Source of the DNA: the human T2T-CHM13v2.0 reference genome, Homo sapiens
DNA length: 64,000 bases
Strand: one strand, 5' to 3'
NCBI RefSeq assembly: GCF_009914755.1
Contig: NC_060934.1
Within the stretch, counting starts at the first letter, position 1. Each line of letters begins with the position of its first letter. The notes under the pieces are model-generated. The model ran no database searches. It was not told the DNA's origin and saw nothing but the letters and a program-made list of their open reading frames with translations. A program made the translations under genes and the position numbers. Positions 1 through 28,645 of this stretch are shown here, in pieces.

Positions 1-319
<319 letters not shown>

Positions 320-520
320 TCACCACTCTATCCTGTTGTTGCCCCATTTCTCTCCTCCCTGCAAAATTAAACTCTTAAAGGAGTTATGCACACTCAGTGC
401 CTCTACCTCCTCATTTCCTGTTCTGTTCAAGTTCCTTTGGAATAGAGACCCATCTGGCTGGCTCTAGGGAGCTGCTTCTTATAGGGACACACTGGCAACC
501 ATGTGCAAATCTAGCAATAG

Positions 521-775
521 ATCCTCTGGGTCTGGATTTCCCATTCTTTTCCAGAGTCCTTTCTAGTCCCTCTCCAGGCTGTCTCCCTCTCCCACATGGC
601 CTCGTTCACCTGCTCTACACGAATCCGTTCCGACTTTCTGTATCTGCTCAACCTCACCCCAGACCTCTTACCCAAGATGCTGAAGGATAATTGGCCTCAT
701 GGAAACCTGGAATAGGGGCTGCAAACTCATCAGGATGGGCTCCTCCTCCTTTCTACCCTGCCCTCTCCTCCCTCA

Positions 776-811
<36 letters not shown>

Positions 812-1551
812 TGCTTCTCTCTGACCATCTCTGCCATTTCCACCACTCTCTACTTACCCATCCTACACCATCCCATAATGACCACTCCAGCTTCAGTCAA
901 CTTCAGGATCTTTAGCCCAGCTCCCACCGTCAACAGACAGATGCTCAAGAGATGGAACCCAACTAGCCTGGTAATTTCTTCAAGTGAGGAGACAAGTCAT
1001 AGGTCACTGGCCTCAGATTACAGGATGTGGCTGTTTAGGACCACAGGATGGTGGACAGGACGGCCTCCCTGAGAGGCGGTGGGGAGAGCAGACCACAAGA
1101 AGCAGCTTTGTATGCCTCCCATTCACGCCTCCACCCAAGGCATGGCCTGTGTGCTCAGCAGCCCGGAAACTGCTTTCACTGAGGTCATAAACAGTGTCTT
1201 TGTTGTTGAATCCAATGGACAGTATTCCTTTCTTTCTGTGAATGAATGTTCAGTGGCTTCTGGAGCTGTTGACCCTTTTCCTGACCCCTTTCCTGTAACT
1301 CCCATGAGATTTACCCTCTTTAGTTTTCCTCCTATATTTTGGGTATTTCCTTCGAGCCTATGTTGTGGGCTCCTCTTTCTCTGCCTGTGCTTTCAAAGCT
1401 GACCATCCTCTGGGTCTGGATTTTCCTTTCCTTTCCAGAATCCTTTCTAGTCCCTCTCCAGGCCATCTGCCTCTTCCACATGGCCTCAGTCACCTACTCT
1501 ATACGAATCCATTCTGACTTTCTGTATCTGCACAACCTCATCCCAGACCTC
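521..1551 (+). repeat. 147-bp dispersed direct duplication (521-667 and 1405-1551)
   Basis: Ungapped alignment with 16 mismatches by my count. Confidence 0.9.
778..810 (+). repeat. (TG)n microsatellite
   Basis: About 16 perfect TG units. Confidence 0.95.
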
Positions 1552-1766
1552 ACCCAACTGGACAGCCCCACCTAGACATCCCACAGGTACTTCGAAGTCA
1601 CTGTATGCACAGTGGCACTCCATCCCCCTTCTACCTTCTTCTCCCTGATGTTTCCTACTTCAGGAGATGGTGCCACCCACTTGCCCAGGCCAGAAACAGC
1701 ATCATGCTTAATACCTTATTTCCTTCACTCTAAACCCAACCAAACACCAAACATGAAAGAATCAAC

Positions 1767-2077
<311 letters not shown>

Positions 2078-2292
2078 TCATATATCAAATATCCAGTGTT
2101 CTACTTTCAGAGCATCCATCTTTTCTTTTTCTCTCCTGCCACCACCATCATTCTTGGAGTCATTCTCCTAAATGGGCTCTTCACTTTCAGTCTTCCAACC
2201 ACCCAATCTAGTAACCCCCACTGAGTTACTCTCCCCATGGCCAGAAGGCTCCTTTCCTGCCTCCTTCCTCCTTTTTAAAAGAAATGTAGTTT

Positions 2293-3255
2293 TGTCACAG
2301 GATCCTTGGGGTGTCGTTTTTCCAGCTGGAAAACCTCTGTGGCCAGCAGCGCCTTCTGCCTGAATATTGCTTCTGCCCACTGGGCTCATCCCACCCACTT
2401 GGCCCGGCAGGCTGTGCTCAGATCCCACACCTGCCAAGGGCAAGCCAGGCGTGGAGTGGCGGGTGTGTGGGCAAGCAAGCATGGGATCTGGCCACTATGC
2501 ACAGCCAGGCATGCCAGCTGCTATGGTGGGACAGGCAACTCCAGGTGCCACCACAGGTGCTTGCTCCATGAAAAGCTGTGGCTGGACCAGATGTACTGCA
2601 TGCGGCTTCTGCTGCAGGCACCCGTGTCTGGATGAGGGTAATATGGTGGCACCTGCAAACTTGGAGATGCCAGGAACCGCAGAGCCCCAAAGAGGGTGTC
2701 GCAGCCCTGGCTTGGAGACCCCCTAGGTCTGAGCTCCCCGAAGGGCCAGAGCTCTTCTTTTCTTATTGCCTGCAATGTGGTGAGCCAGGGGGTTGTGTTT
2801 CAGCCCTGTTTGTGTTACAGCTTTTTCAGTCCCACCATTCGGCAGGTCCCAAGTTCTTGTCATGCATCCAGGAAGAATGAGGTACACAGACAACTGGAGG
2901 GTGAGTGAGGTGGAGAGGAGCTTCGCTGAGTGACAGAACAGCTCTCAGGAGATTCAAAGTGGCTAGCTCCTATCCACAGGCAGGTCATCCTGATGAGTCA
3001 AGGAGACCGAAGCGGGTAGCTCCTTCCTGCAGCTGGTAGTCCCAACATCTTTAGCCCTCAGAAGAGAGGAGCCCCAGAGTGGGTAGCTCCTATTTGCAGG
3101 CAGGTCATCCCAACGTCTGCAGCCCTCAGTGGAGAGGAGACCCAGAGGGGTTAGCTCCTATCAGCAGCAGGTCATCCCAACGTCTCTGTGAGTCTGGCTG
3201 AGTTGAGGGTTTGTATGGGTTTCAGAAAGGAGAAAGTGCGTGCTGATTGGTCCAT
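2293..3255 (-). mobile_element. Truncated MER52-like ERV1 LTR
   Basis: Begins TGTCACAGGATCCTTGGGGTGTC and is colinear with 55490-56298. Breaks off after TGCTGATTGGTCCAT. Confidence 0.75.
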
Positions 3256-3337
3256 ACTTGACTAAAACAAGGTCCAACCTAGCTGTTTCTGTAAGATGGC
3301 AAGAGGTAGACAATCATATCATCTATAATAATGATAA

Positions 3338-3696
<359 letters not shown>

Positions 3697-4881
3697 TAGC
3701 AAAAATGCTAAATAATATCAAGAATAACAGACATCCTTGTCCTGTTCCTTAATTTAAAGAGAATGCTCCTGGCATTTCGTGGATAAATATGATGTTTCCT
3801 GTTAGTTTCCGATAGCCATCTTTCTTCAAATTAATCAGTCTTGACAAATCATCTTGCACCTGCCTGGCTGCTTAGACACTCCTCCTGTTGTTTCCTCCAC
3901 ACAATGGCTATGCTTCAGACAAAATAAACTACTGACTCTTTTCTGGACTTGCCATGATCTTTTGTGGTTCCATGTCTTTGTACATCCTTCTCTTCATGTC
4001 ATGAACACCCTCCCCAACTTCCAAATACCTGGTAGCTTAAAGAGAACCACATAGAAGTTTAGTTCCTCTTTAGACCCTGGATGTGGAGAAGATTTCTCTT
4101 CCTATTGGAAGAACATTTTGAGGAAACACTTCCATCATCCTTCTCCTTTCCTTTAGTTGCCCCCTCCCAGGGGAGAGGTTGAAGGTCTGATTGGGCCAAT
4201 TTCATTGGTGGGTGGAGTAACTGGTCTTAAAGGCAAGGCCCCAGGTCCCACCCTTCTTGCTTTGCCTGAGCTCAGATATAATGCTTCTGTGGGGTTAGCA
4301 CCCCTTGGCAGGACCACCTCTGTGGCAGGGGAAGCGAGGATCTGTCATTCTCTTTTTTCCAACTTCTCCAGTATGACTGGATGGGTAGGTCCGGTGACCC
4401 TTGCCTCATGAGTCTTCCTCTGTTCAGTTCAGTGGAAAAGGAGGATTTTGTCTCCCTTAGGTCTAGGTTTAAGCCATGTTCAAATCCAGCTTTTACTAGA
4501 GCTTTGCGTCAAGGTTGGTTTTCTGTTTCCTGCTTGGCTAGAGATCCTTGGACATATATTCTATCGGTGTGACTCTTAGAGTGGGGGTAGGGGGAGTGAC
4601 TCCCTAGACCCTTAACCCTGACACTGAATGTGTGCTCTCATCAAACGTTTGCTGGATACATGAATGAATTGATTGATATCCCCCAGCCTTTCCCACCTTT
4701 AATAATAACTACTGTTTACTGAGTACCTTCCGTGAGCCAGGCATTAGTATCTCATTACATCCTCCCAACAACCATACCAAATAAGTATTAACATTTCCAT
4801 TTTATAAAAAATGACATTTTATATTCCACTACCATATTAGCCATCCTAAGGCAAATCTCTGCTTTAAAAAAGGTAGCAGTT

Positions 4882-5440
4882 TGGCTGAGTGTGCAATGGC
4901 TCATGACTATAATCCCAGCAATTTGGGAGGCTGAGGTGGGAGGATCAGAAGTTCAAGACCAGCCTGGGCAATGTAGCGAAACCCCATCTCTACAAAAAAA
5001 GATTTTTTTTTTTTTTGAGACAGATTCTGGCTCTGTTGCCCAGGCTGGAGTGCAGTAGCACGATCTTGGCTCACTGCAAGCTCCGCCTCCTGGGCTCATG
5101 CCATTCTCCTGCCTCAGCCTCCTGAGTAGCTGGGACTACAGGCACCATGCCCAGCTAATTTTTTGTATTTTTAGTAGAGATGGGGTTTCACCGTGTTAGT
5201 CAGAATGGTCTCGATCTCCTGACCTCGTGACCTGCCTGCCTCGGCCTCCCAAAGTACTGGGATTACAGGCGTGAGCCACCTCGCCCGGCCCACAGTATTT
5301 TTTTTTTAATTAGCCAGGCCTGCTAGTCGGGAGGCTGAGGTGGGAGGATTGCTTGAGTCTAGGAGTTTGAGGCTGCAGTGAGCTATGATGTTGTCACTAC
5401 ACTCCAGCCTGGGCATCAGAGTAAGACTCTGTCTCTAAAA
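4882..5440 (+). mobile_element. AluJ split at its A-rich linker by an antisense AluY-like element (about 5003-5290)
   Basis: Left arm 4882-4999 and right arm about 5308-5440. The inner Alu has AluY-type motifs (CTGCAAGCTCCG, CCATTCTCC). Confidence 0.85.
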
Positions 5441-5689
5441 AGTAGACTGTGTTTCCCATCCTTCCTTGCATCTGGGCTTGGCTGTGGGATGTAAGTGGAA
5501 GTGTGGGGTGCTACTCAAGGTGTGTCCTTAAAGGGAGGGAGGGAGCTCCTTCTTTCCCCTCCCATCCCAACACTTGATGGATATGAAGCCTGGAAATCCA
5601 TCTTGGATTATGAGGATGAGAGCCACCTTGTAGGGATAGTGGAAAGGAAGCTGGAAGTAGCCTGGGTCCCAGATGCCCCCAAAACCATT

Positions 5690-6135
5690 ATATCAGTGTT
5701 CTACAGTCGCCATAACAAATTATCACAAGCTAGGTGGCTTGAAACAATATAAAGTTATTCTCTCATAGTCCTGAAGGCTGGAAGTCTAAAATCAAGGTGT
5801 CAGCAGGGCCATGCTCCCTCTAAAGGCTCCAGGGAAGAATCCTTCCTGCCTCTTCCAGCTTCTGGTGGTCCCAGGTGTTCCTTGGCTTGTGGCAGCATCG
5901 CTGTAATCTCTGCCCCCATCTTCACGTGGCCTTCTTCTCTGTGTTCCTCTACGTCCTCTCCTTTCCTTATAATGACACTAGTCATTGGATTTAGGTCCAC
6001 CCTAAGTTCAGGATGAGTTCATCTCCAAATCCTTAACTAATTACATCTGTAGGGATGCTGTTCCCATGTAAAGTTGCATTCTGAGGTTCTGGGTGGATAT
6101 GAATTTTTGGGAGATCCTATTCGACCCACGACAAC
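5690..6135 (-). mobile_element. MLT1 LTR (MaLR)
   Basis: Typical MLT1 motifs (GGTGGCTTGAAACAA, AAGTCTAAAATCAAGGTGTCAGCAGGGCC). Confidence 0.75.
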
Positions 6136-6770
6136 TACCATATGAACTCTAAGCTGCCTACATACAGCTTAGAGTATGTTCAAGAAAGGAAAAAATAACT
6201 GTTTTCTCTGTTTATACCATTATTATTTGGGGTCTCTGAACCCATATCCCAACCAATAGAGTCATTTTAGGGGGCACGCCTGTGGAGCCTGCCAGTGACT
6301 GCTCTTGGGTGACTGCCTGCCCCACTCACAGCAGGGGCTGGAGGGCGGCAAGACCTTTCTCCAGTGACCATGTTATTGGGCCACAAGCACACACTTAACC
6401 CAAGCTAAAGCAGTAATACTTTCTTTTGAGGGGTTTGAGACTTTAGGGAATTAGCCTGAGAGACAGCCAATACCTGAACTTATTGGCCTCTTGAATGGAG
6501 GAAAAATTACTTTATGGATTATGGGATAGTGACCTTCTGTTTATCATGTGAAGAGAGAAGCAGAGAAAACTGATCTCTACATGAGAAAAAAAGAAACAGA
6601 TGTTCCAAGAGGGGAAGAGATGTGATTCTGACAGGGAGTCTGAGTGGTTCTCATTCTTGGTTTTGGGGCTGACCCGAGGCTTGGCTGCATTTGTACTGAC
6701 TGCTTAGCATGAGTCAGGGCCAAGTGCTTTACCTGCATTACCTGGTATTCGGTCCAAATAATATACCCTA

Positions 6771-13818
<7,048 letters not shown>

Positions 13819-13878
13819 TAGGGAATGATGGGGGGAGGAGGGAGATGCAGGTAAGCTGATGATAAGATCTTTGGCTGG

Positions 13879-14630
13879 TGGTATGGGCTGAATTGTGCCT
13901 CCCTAAAATCTACGTGTTGAAGTCCAAACCCCCAAGTACCTCAGACTGTGACTGGGTTTGAAGACAGGGCTCTTAAAGAGCTGACTGAGGTAAAAGGAGG
14001 TCAATAGGTTGGGCCCTAATACAATATGACTGATGTCCTTGTACGAAGAGAAGATTAGGACACACACAACACATAAACCTGGAGATAACCATGTGAGGAC
14101 ACAGCAAGAAGAGGCCAATGGTAAGTGAAGGAGAAAGATTGCAGAAGAAATCAACCCTACCAACACCTTGATCTTGGACTGTGTACCCACCCAAATCTCA
14201 TCTTCAACTGTAGCTCCCATAATCCCCACATGTTGTGGGAGGGGCCCAGTGGGAGGTAATTGAATCATGGGGGCGGTTACCTCCATGCTGTTCTTCTGAT
14301 AGTGAGTTCTCACAAGATATAATAGTTTTATAAGGGACTTTTCCCTGCTTCACTCTGCACTTCTCCTTGCTGCTGCCATGTGAAGAAGGACATGTTTGCT
14401 TTCCCTTCCGCCATGATTACAACTTTCCTGAAATCTCCCCAGCTCTGCAGAACTGTGAGTCAATTAAACTTCTTTCCTTTATAAATTATCCAGTCTCGGG
14501 TATGTCCTTGTAGCAGTGTGAGAATGGATTAATACGACTTCTAGCCTCCAAAAGTGTGAGGATGTAAATTTCTTGGCTAAGCCTGCCACTCTGTCACACT
14601 TTGTCATGGCAGCTTGAGCAGTCTCAGACA
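13879..14630 (+). mobile_element. MLT1A-type LTR interrupted by a THE1-type LTR (about 14180-14535)
   Basis: MLT1 start TGGTATGGGCTGAATTGTG. MLT1 sequence resumes at GACTTCTAGCCTCCA after the THE1 body. Confidence 0.75.
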
Positions 14631-15055
14631 GCTGGGTCCTGGCCATATGATCTTCCCCATTCTGGAGTTCAGCTTGAAGGGTAGGGGGAGGGGCGGGAAG
14701 GAGGATGAATGACAAAGCCATCGATTTGGCCATCTGCTCCATACAGCTTTGAGAGCTTTGAGCAAGTCATCAGATACAGGATGGCTGCAGAGATGGAGCC
14801 TTCTTGAGAGTAGGGAAGGGGAGAGGAAGTGTGAATAACAATAAAACATACTCAGGTAGTGGGGGCAGAGGGAGAGGCTGCAAATAGTCACTATTTAACA
14901 CTTTGGTTGCTGTTATACTTCATTCCCTCATGGCTGATGTTTTACTTTTCCTTAAGAGTAAATAGATCTGTACTCTTTAAAAATAGAAGGAAACAATATG
15001 ATTAATTTAGACAGGCTTCTATTACTCTCTATATGACTTTTTCTTTCTGAGTAAC

Positions 15056-15420
15056 TGTATTAGTCCATTTTCACGCTGCTGATAAAGACATACCCGAGAC
15101 TGGGTATAAAGAAAAAGAAGTTTAATGGACTCACAGTTCCTCGTGGCTGGGTGGGGGCGGGGGCCTCACAATCATGGTGAAAGGTGAAAGGTGAAAGGCA
15201 CATCTTACATGGTGGCAGGCAAGAAAGAATGAGAGCCAAGCAAAAGGGAAAACCCCTTATAAAACCATCAGATCTCATGAGACTTATTCACTAGCATGAG
15301 AATAGTATGGGGAAACCACCCCCATGATTCAATTATCTCCCACTGGGTTCCTCTCACAACACACGGGAATGATGGGAGCTACAATTCAAGATGAGATTGG
15401 GGACACAACCAAACATATCA
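15056..15420 (-). mobile_element. THE1/MST solo LTR (MaLR)
   Basis: TGTATTAGTCCATTTTCACGCTGCTGATAAAGAC...CATATCA with near-TSD GTAAC/GTGAC. Confidence 0.85.
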
Positions 15421-15489
15421 GTGACATAGGAATTGGCATATTAAAGGGAGCAGTAGAAGCCATTCAAAAAAAGTACAATCCCCCTTGGG

Positions 15490-16288
<799 letters not shown>

Positions 16289-16478
16289 GGAGCAGTGCAG
16301 GGATAGGCACAGTGCTTGACAAGTGCTTGTGAATTTCAAACAGTAGCTGCAGGTCCAAAGAAGAGATCTCAAACCTGTGTTAGGATTATACAAGTGGTAC
16401 AGGGTGCAGTGGCTCACACCTGTAATTCCAGCACTTTGGGAGGCTGAGGCAGGTGGATTGCCTGAGCTTATGAGTTCA

Positions 16479-16736
<258 letters not shown>

Positions 16737-17599
16737 CTAGCACACACCCACAGAAATAGTTTCTTTCCCTTTCAAACGTACTGCATGTCAAATGGAAACT
16801 ACCGACCAAAATCCCTTGAGATCTCTTGAGGGTATTCATCTGCACAAGTAAGGTAACACGTACAAAGGGCTTTAGAGCCAGAGAACTCATCACAAACTGG
16901 GAGGTGATTATTTTTCCTTCAGTGCAAAGAATCTTCTACATTCTGAAACATCAGGATAGCTGCTTAGGGGCATAAAGTCAGCTAGCTTTTGAGAAATTTT
17001 TCCATTTTTGAGAAAAAAATAATCATTTAGCAACAGGAACAGGAAGAGAAGTATTGGAATCATAATGTTTCCTTAAATTTCTCAGACATCAACTTGAAGT
17101 ATGATGCCCATGTTTAGTGTATGGTAGGCTTGTCTTTTCTGCCAAAAGGGATTGTATGAAGATTGACAATGTAGATATTTGAAGCTGATTTTATTTGTTT
17201 GTTTGTTTTGAGGCAGGGTCTCCCTCTGTTGCCTAGGCTGGAATGCAGTGGCACTATCATAGGTGGCTATAGTCTTGAATTCCTGGGTTTAAGTGAGCCT
17301 CCCGCCTCAGCCTCCCAAAGTACTGGGATTACAGGCATGAGCCACTTCACCTGGTCTGAAGCTGATTTTGAATGGAATAGCACTGTTCCTAGGTAGGGAG
17401 TTACACGAGAGGCTGGGTGGTGCAGTGGAAATCATGCTGGGTTAGAGATTCTGAGGTTGGTTTCTATGAGGCCTGGTGTCAGAAATTTGCTGCCTGACTG
17501 TGGGCAAGTTGCTGCAACTTGCGAAGTCTTCGTTAGGCTGGGTAGGTGACTGCTGGATTCTCTATACTTCCCCCACTGAGTGGGAGGGGAGGGTATTAG

Positions 17600-18597
<998 letters not shown>

Positions 18598-18641
18598 GGA
18601 CCTCTACAGGTTAGGAGGGGGCACTGCCCCAACAGGCCCTC

Positions 18642-18983
18642 TGATATGGTTTGGCTGTGTCCTCACCCAAATCTCATTTTGAATTCCCACGTGTTGTGGG
18701 AGGTAATTGAATCATGGGGGCAGGTCTTTCCTGTGCAGTTCTCATGATGGTGAGTAAGTCTCAGGAGATCTGATGGTTATTATAAGGGGGAGTTTCCCTG
18801 CATAAGCTCTTTCTTTGCCTGCTGCCATCCATGTAAGATGTGACTTTGCTCCTCCTTGCTTTCCACCATGATTGTGAGGCTTCCCCAGCCATGTGGAACT
18901 ATAGGTCCATTAAACTTCTTTCTTTTGTAAATTGCCCAGCCTCAGGTATGCCTTTATCAGCAGCATGAAAACAGACTAATACA
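18642..18983 (+). mobile_element. THE1 solo LTR (MaLR)
   Basis: TGATATGGTTTGGCTGTGT...GACTAATACA with a 5-bp TSD CCCTC (18637-18641 and 18984-18988). Confidence 0.9.
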
Positions 18984-19087
18984 CCCTCTCTACTAGGAAC
19001 CCCTGAGGAATCATCACTGTGTCTGATGATGGGATGCCAGGGCTGCCCATCTTTGTCAGACCAAACGCATGGGATTCTGAATGAGGT

Positions 19088-20175
<1,088 letters not shown>

Positions 20176-20490
20176 CAGGGGGTTAGACATGATGGAAATG
20201 TCAGACAAGCGAGCGAAAGCCACCCAAGGATAGGAAGCTGCACCTTCATCCCACCATACCACTCAGGGTGAAAGTAATGTGGGGCAGGCCTCTCTGTTCA
20301 GGCCTTCAGAGACTATTCTGAAGATGTGCTTAGGCAAAGGTCCCAGCTCTCCAAGGTCAGTTTCTCCCTATGTAAAATGGAGATAAAATATAAAATTTTC
20401 TCTACAAGGTTGTTAGCGGAACTATACGAAGTTTTTGAAAGGGTGTCTTAAACTATAGTGTTACAGAAATATTTATACTTTAAAAAAATC

Positions 20491-22701
<2,211 letters not shown>

Positions 22702-25335
22702 TAGCGATGGGGTCTTGCCATGTTGCCCAGGCTCATATTCAATTCCTGGACTCAAGCGATCCGTCCACATCAGCCTCCCAAAGTGCTGGGATTACAGGCC
22801 TGAGCCACTGAGCCCAGCCATAAAATATATGCAAAATATTTGCATAAAATATATGCATATATTTTTAAAATATATGCAAAATAACGGTGCGATAACTCTT
22901 TATAGTTTTTTGTTTTGTTCTTTTTTTGAGACAGCGTATCTCTCTGTCTCCCAGGCTGGAGTGCAGTGGCCTGATCTGATCTTGGCTCACTACAACCTCC
23001 ACCTCCCGGGTTCAAGCGATTCTCCTGCCTCAGCCTCCCGAGCAGCTGGGACTACAGGTGTCTGCCACCACTCCCGGCCAATTTTTGTATTTTTAGTAGA
23101 GACAGGATTTCACCATATTGGCCAGGCTGGTCTCGAACTCCTGACCTTGTGATCCACCCGCCTTGGCCTCCCAAAGTGCTGGGATTACAGGCGTGAGCCA
23201 CCGCGCCCGGCCAACTCTTTGTAGTTTAAGACATCGTTTCAAAGAGTTGACTTCATTTAATTCTGATGACAACCTTGTGAAGAAAATTTTATATCTTATC
23301 TCCATTTTGTTTAGGGTGAAACTGATCTTGGAGAGCTGGGAGATTTGCCTTAGCACATCTGGCTGGTGAATAGGTGAGGTGGGGTGGGACCCCAGTGACA
23401 CTTGCCGGTGTTGACTGGGGGGTAAATACAATTTGCAGGCTGTTCTGCTTCCTAGGGCTGGGGATGGGTAGAGGAGAACAAGACAGCAGAGGCCACCGCA
23501 ACTGCCCGCCCCTTGGCACTTGTCTCTTTCCATCTCCCTTGGATTTCCCAGCTCCAGGCTCCACAGGCAGAAGAGTCAGTAATTCGCTCCAAATAGGAGC
23601 AAATGGGGGGGCTTTGGGGAATCACTTCAGACCCAGTGCTTGTCCCTCTCTGCAGGCAGGCAGCAGCCCCGGAAACTTGCTGTCCTCCTCTGAACCAGAC
23701 TGCCTAGTTCCAATTAGGAAATCACAAGGGAAGAAAAGTCCAGAGACCAGCCGGCAGACTTTGAATGTACGGACCCTGCATCAAATTGTTTACAGGCCAC
23801 ATTTTGTTCCCATTCAAAATGAAAATACTTGTTACTGAATCCCAAAGGGGAAATATGTTTATGCTGAAGTGATGGGCTAGACTTGTTAATGTTTGAGTGT
23901 TTCTAGCCTTTCCTCTTCCCCCCCAACCCCAGCCGCAGCTAGAGAGTTTTCTGGCTTAGCTTTGTGCTTTTTCTTCCCCTGTCTCACCCTCTAGAGAAGG
24001 CCAGGCCTTGCCAGGGAAATAGCCCTAAGTGGTTTGGTCAGATTTCACAACAAAGAACTGAAAAAGATGCTGGAGGGAGAAAGCTTTCTGGAGTTTTGAG
24101 AGGAGAGATATGGGAATATTTGTGCTATATGAGGACAATGGTGAGAAGAAAAAAAAGATTTAAAAGAAATTATAGAGGGCTTTAGAATATTTGAGAAATA
24201 CACACAAAGGATTTGAGTTTTCTCAAATTGTTTTTAATTGTATAGAATGGATTTTTTTTTTTTAACCTCAATGCTGCCTGGACTGAATCCCTTGGATTGT
24301 AGCTTTATAAGCATCATAGCTACAAGTTAGAATCCCCACTCAATTAACTCAGAGAATAGCAATGAGAAAAGCTGTGAGAAATGATGTGCTGCTTGGGAGT
24401 AACTGAAATGTGAATATCTTGCAGGGTTTCAGAAGCAGCAACAGCACTCTAATCCTGAAATTAGAGTGAGGGCCAAATTTTCAAAATATATTTGCCACAT
24501 TTTTGCAGCTGGTCTCTGGTTACCCATCATAGTTAAAATCACCATCTTGGAAACTTGCAAATCACATTTCGTGCTTTGTTCACCGTCCCCCTGCCCCCCG
24601 CCTCTATACCCCCATGCCTTTGCTTCTGTAGTCAGAAGCTGTCCAAACACCCCATCTGCAACACACATCCCCTCACTGTACTTCTCAGTCTCGTTGAAGG
24701 ATTGCTGTAAAATGGAAGGGAAAGAACAGCACTATTAGGGAAACCAAAACCCCATGTTTCCTTGTCACTAAGTGCAACTCTTATGAAATGGTGAAACATT
24801 GTAGGATATTATTTTCTTTAACCAGGAGAAGTAACAATAGGTTCAAAATCCACTGGGCAGCTTTTAGGACGTACCAACTTTCTACCAGAGTAACATCCCC
24901 CTGTTGTTTTTCTGTGCAGTCCAAAGCATTATTTGAAAAATCTCTAACATGATTATCTAACAATGCATTTTTTTTTTTTGAGACAGAGTTTCTCTCTTGT
25001 CGCTTAGGCTGGAGTGCAATGGCATGATGTTGGCTCACTGCGACCTCTGCCTCCTGGGTTCAAGCAATTCTCCTGCCTCAGCCTCCTGAATAGCCGGGTT
25101 ACAGGTGCGCTCCACCACGCTCAGCCAATTTTTTTATTTTTAGTAGAGATGGGGTTTCTCCATGTTGGCCAGGCTGGTCTCAAACTCCTCACCTCAGGTG
25201 ATCCACCTGCCTCGATCTCCCAAAGTGCTGGGATTACAGGCGTGAGCCACTTTGCCCGGTCAGAGGCAAAAGACTTTAGATCCTTAGGTAATACATTGCC
25301 TAAAAATATGTTTTTATGTGTGGTAGAGGAATGAT

Positions 25336-25342
25336 TTGTGTG

Positions 25343-25386
<44 letters not shown>

Positions 25387-25430
25387 TGCATATATATATA
25401 CACACATGCATATATATATATACACACACT
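25336..25430. repeat. Compound (TA)n(CA)n microsatellite
   Basis: Alternating purine-pyrimidine tract. Confidence 0.9.
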
Positions 25431-25506
25431 TAATTAGCTTTTTAAGATTTAAAACATTAAAAGCACATGGTTTTTTAAAAAATCAAGAGCATACAGCTGT
25501 ATCAAG

Positions 25507-25570
25507 ATATCTCATGTATCCCGTAAATATATACATCTACTATATATCCACAAAAATTTAAAAAAAAAAG
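25507..25570 (+). mobile_element. Extremely 5'-truncated old L1 (L1MA-type) 3' end
   Basis: ATATCTCATGTATCCCGTAAATATATACATCTACTA...CACAAAAATTTAAAAAA resembles an L1MA 3' terminus. Confidence 0.6.
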
Positions 25571-25681
25571 TACACAGGTATATAAAGTGAAAAACGTCTC
25601 CACCCTCCTTCCTACATTCCTCATTCCCTTTCACAGCCCCTCCACTCACCAGCCCCATTTCCATCCCTCAAAGGGAACTAG

Positions 25682-26044
<363 letters not shown>

Positions 26045-26407
26045 TGATCCACCCACCTCAGCCTCCCAAAGTGCTGGGATTACAGGCGTGAGCCACCGTG
26101 CCCGGCCTAACTCGGACTTTTTCTGTTTAACAGTGTATCCTGGACGTTTTTTCCAAAGTAGCTTATTTAGAGCAAACTAATTTTTTAAAGTTACCTTTTT
26201 TTTGTTTTGTTTTTTAATTGAAGAGTAAATGCATAACAGAAAGGAAGTGAGAGACAGCTGGTTTTAGACAACTATGAAATTATCACTGAACAAGGCTAAT
26301 TATCTTCTCTGCAAGGAGAGAAGAGAAAAATTAGCTGCAGAAAAGACATTCTCGCTCTCTCTCGCACATGCACACACACACACAAATAATTATGGCTGGT
26401 TTAATAA

Positions 26408-26855
<448 letters not shown>

Positions 26856-26894
26856 TAGCTGGGATTATAGGCACCCGCCACTACGCACTGCTAA

Positions 26895-27170
<276 letters not shown>

Positions 27171-27315
27171 TGAGTAGGTCCTTGACAATTTTATCAGGCC
27201 GTACAATTAAAAAGCCAGTAATTATTAACCCCCAAAGTAAAGAAGTGAAAAAAGGGTGGTCTTCTACATTAAATAAAAGGGCCTCTTTTAGGCCAACATG
27301 ACAGTCTCCTCATGA

Positions 27316-27585
<270 letters not shown>

Positions 27586-27821
27586 TGAACTCTGGCATCA
27601 AGTGATCCGCCTGCCTTGGCCTCCCAAAGTGCTGGAATTACAGGTGTGAGCCACTTTGCCCAGCCTGAAGAACTTTATATATGTCAAAGTGCTCCAACAG
27701 TACAATTTCCAGCCATCCTTGATGAAGTTATGTGAGGAGGTAGCATTAAGTTTGCTGGGTGATAAATCCATAAGAAATTGGCTGTTGATTGGCCAAACGT
27801 AAAAATTTGGCTTGTGTTTTA

Positions 27822-28645
27822 AGTCTGTTTGGGCTAACAAAAAAATACTATAGGCTGGGTGACTTATAAACAACAGAATTTTTTTTTTTTTTTCCCAACA
27901 GTTCTGAAGGCTGGGAAGTTCAAGATCAAGGCACTGGTAGATTCAGTGTCTGGTGAGGGCCTGCTCTCTGGTTCTTAGACGAACATCTGTTTCCTCGAGA
28001 TGCCCTCATGTGGTGGAAGGGGCAAGGGACCTTGCTGGGGTCTCTTATAAGTGCTCTAATGAGCTAATTACTTTCCAAAGGCCCTCTCTCCTAATACTAT
28101 CACCTTACAGGTTAGGATTTCAACATACAAATTTTGGGAAAGCAGTCAATTGCATTCTGCCCTCATGTTTCTCCAGAGAAACAGAAACAATATATATGCA
28201 TATACAGAAGAAAATTTATGATGAGGGATTGGCTCATGAGATTATGGAGGTTGAGAAGTCCCAGTCTACCTTCTGCAAGCTGGAGAACCAGGAAAGCCTG
28301 TGGTATAGTTCCAGTCCAAACCTAAAGGCCTAAGAACCAGGGAGGTCAATCTGGGTCTGAGAGCCCAGAACTATATCTGCTCAGATATCTGCAGGCAGGA
28401 GGGATGAATAACCGGGTTCAATGGGGAACACATTTGTTCTTCCACCTTTTTGTTCTATTCTTGTCCTTAAGGATTGGATGACCACCATATAGATGAGGGC
28501 AGTCTTCTTTACTTAGTCTACCAATTCAAATGCTAATCTCTTCTGGAAACACCCTCACACACACATATCCAGGAATAGTGTTTTACCAGCTTTCTGAGTA
28601 GCTCTTAGCCTAGTCATGTTGACACATAAAATTCACCATCACAGC
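27822..28645 (-). mobile_element. Adjacent MLT1 and MLT2-like LTR relics
   Basis: MLT1 motif GAAGTTCAAGATCAAGGCACTGG. MLT2-like end TTGACACATAAAATTCACCATCACA. Confidence 0.6.
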
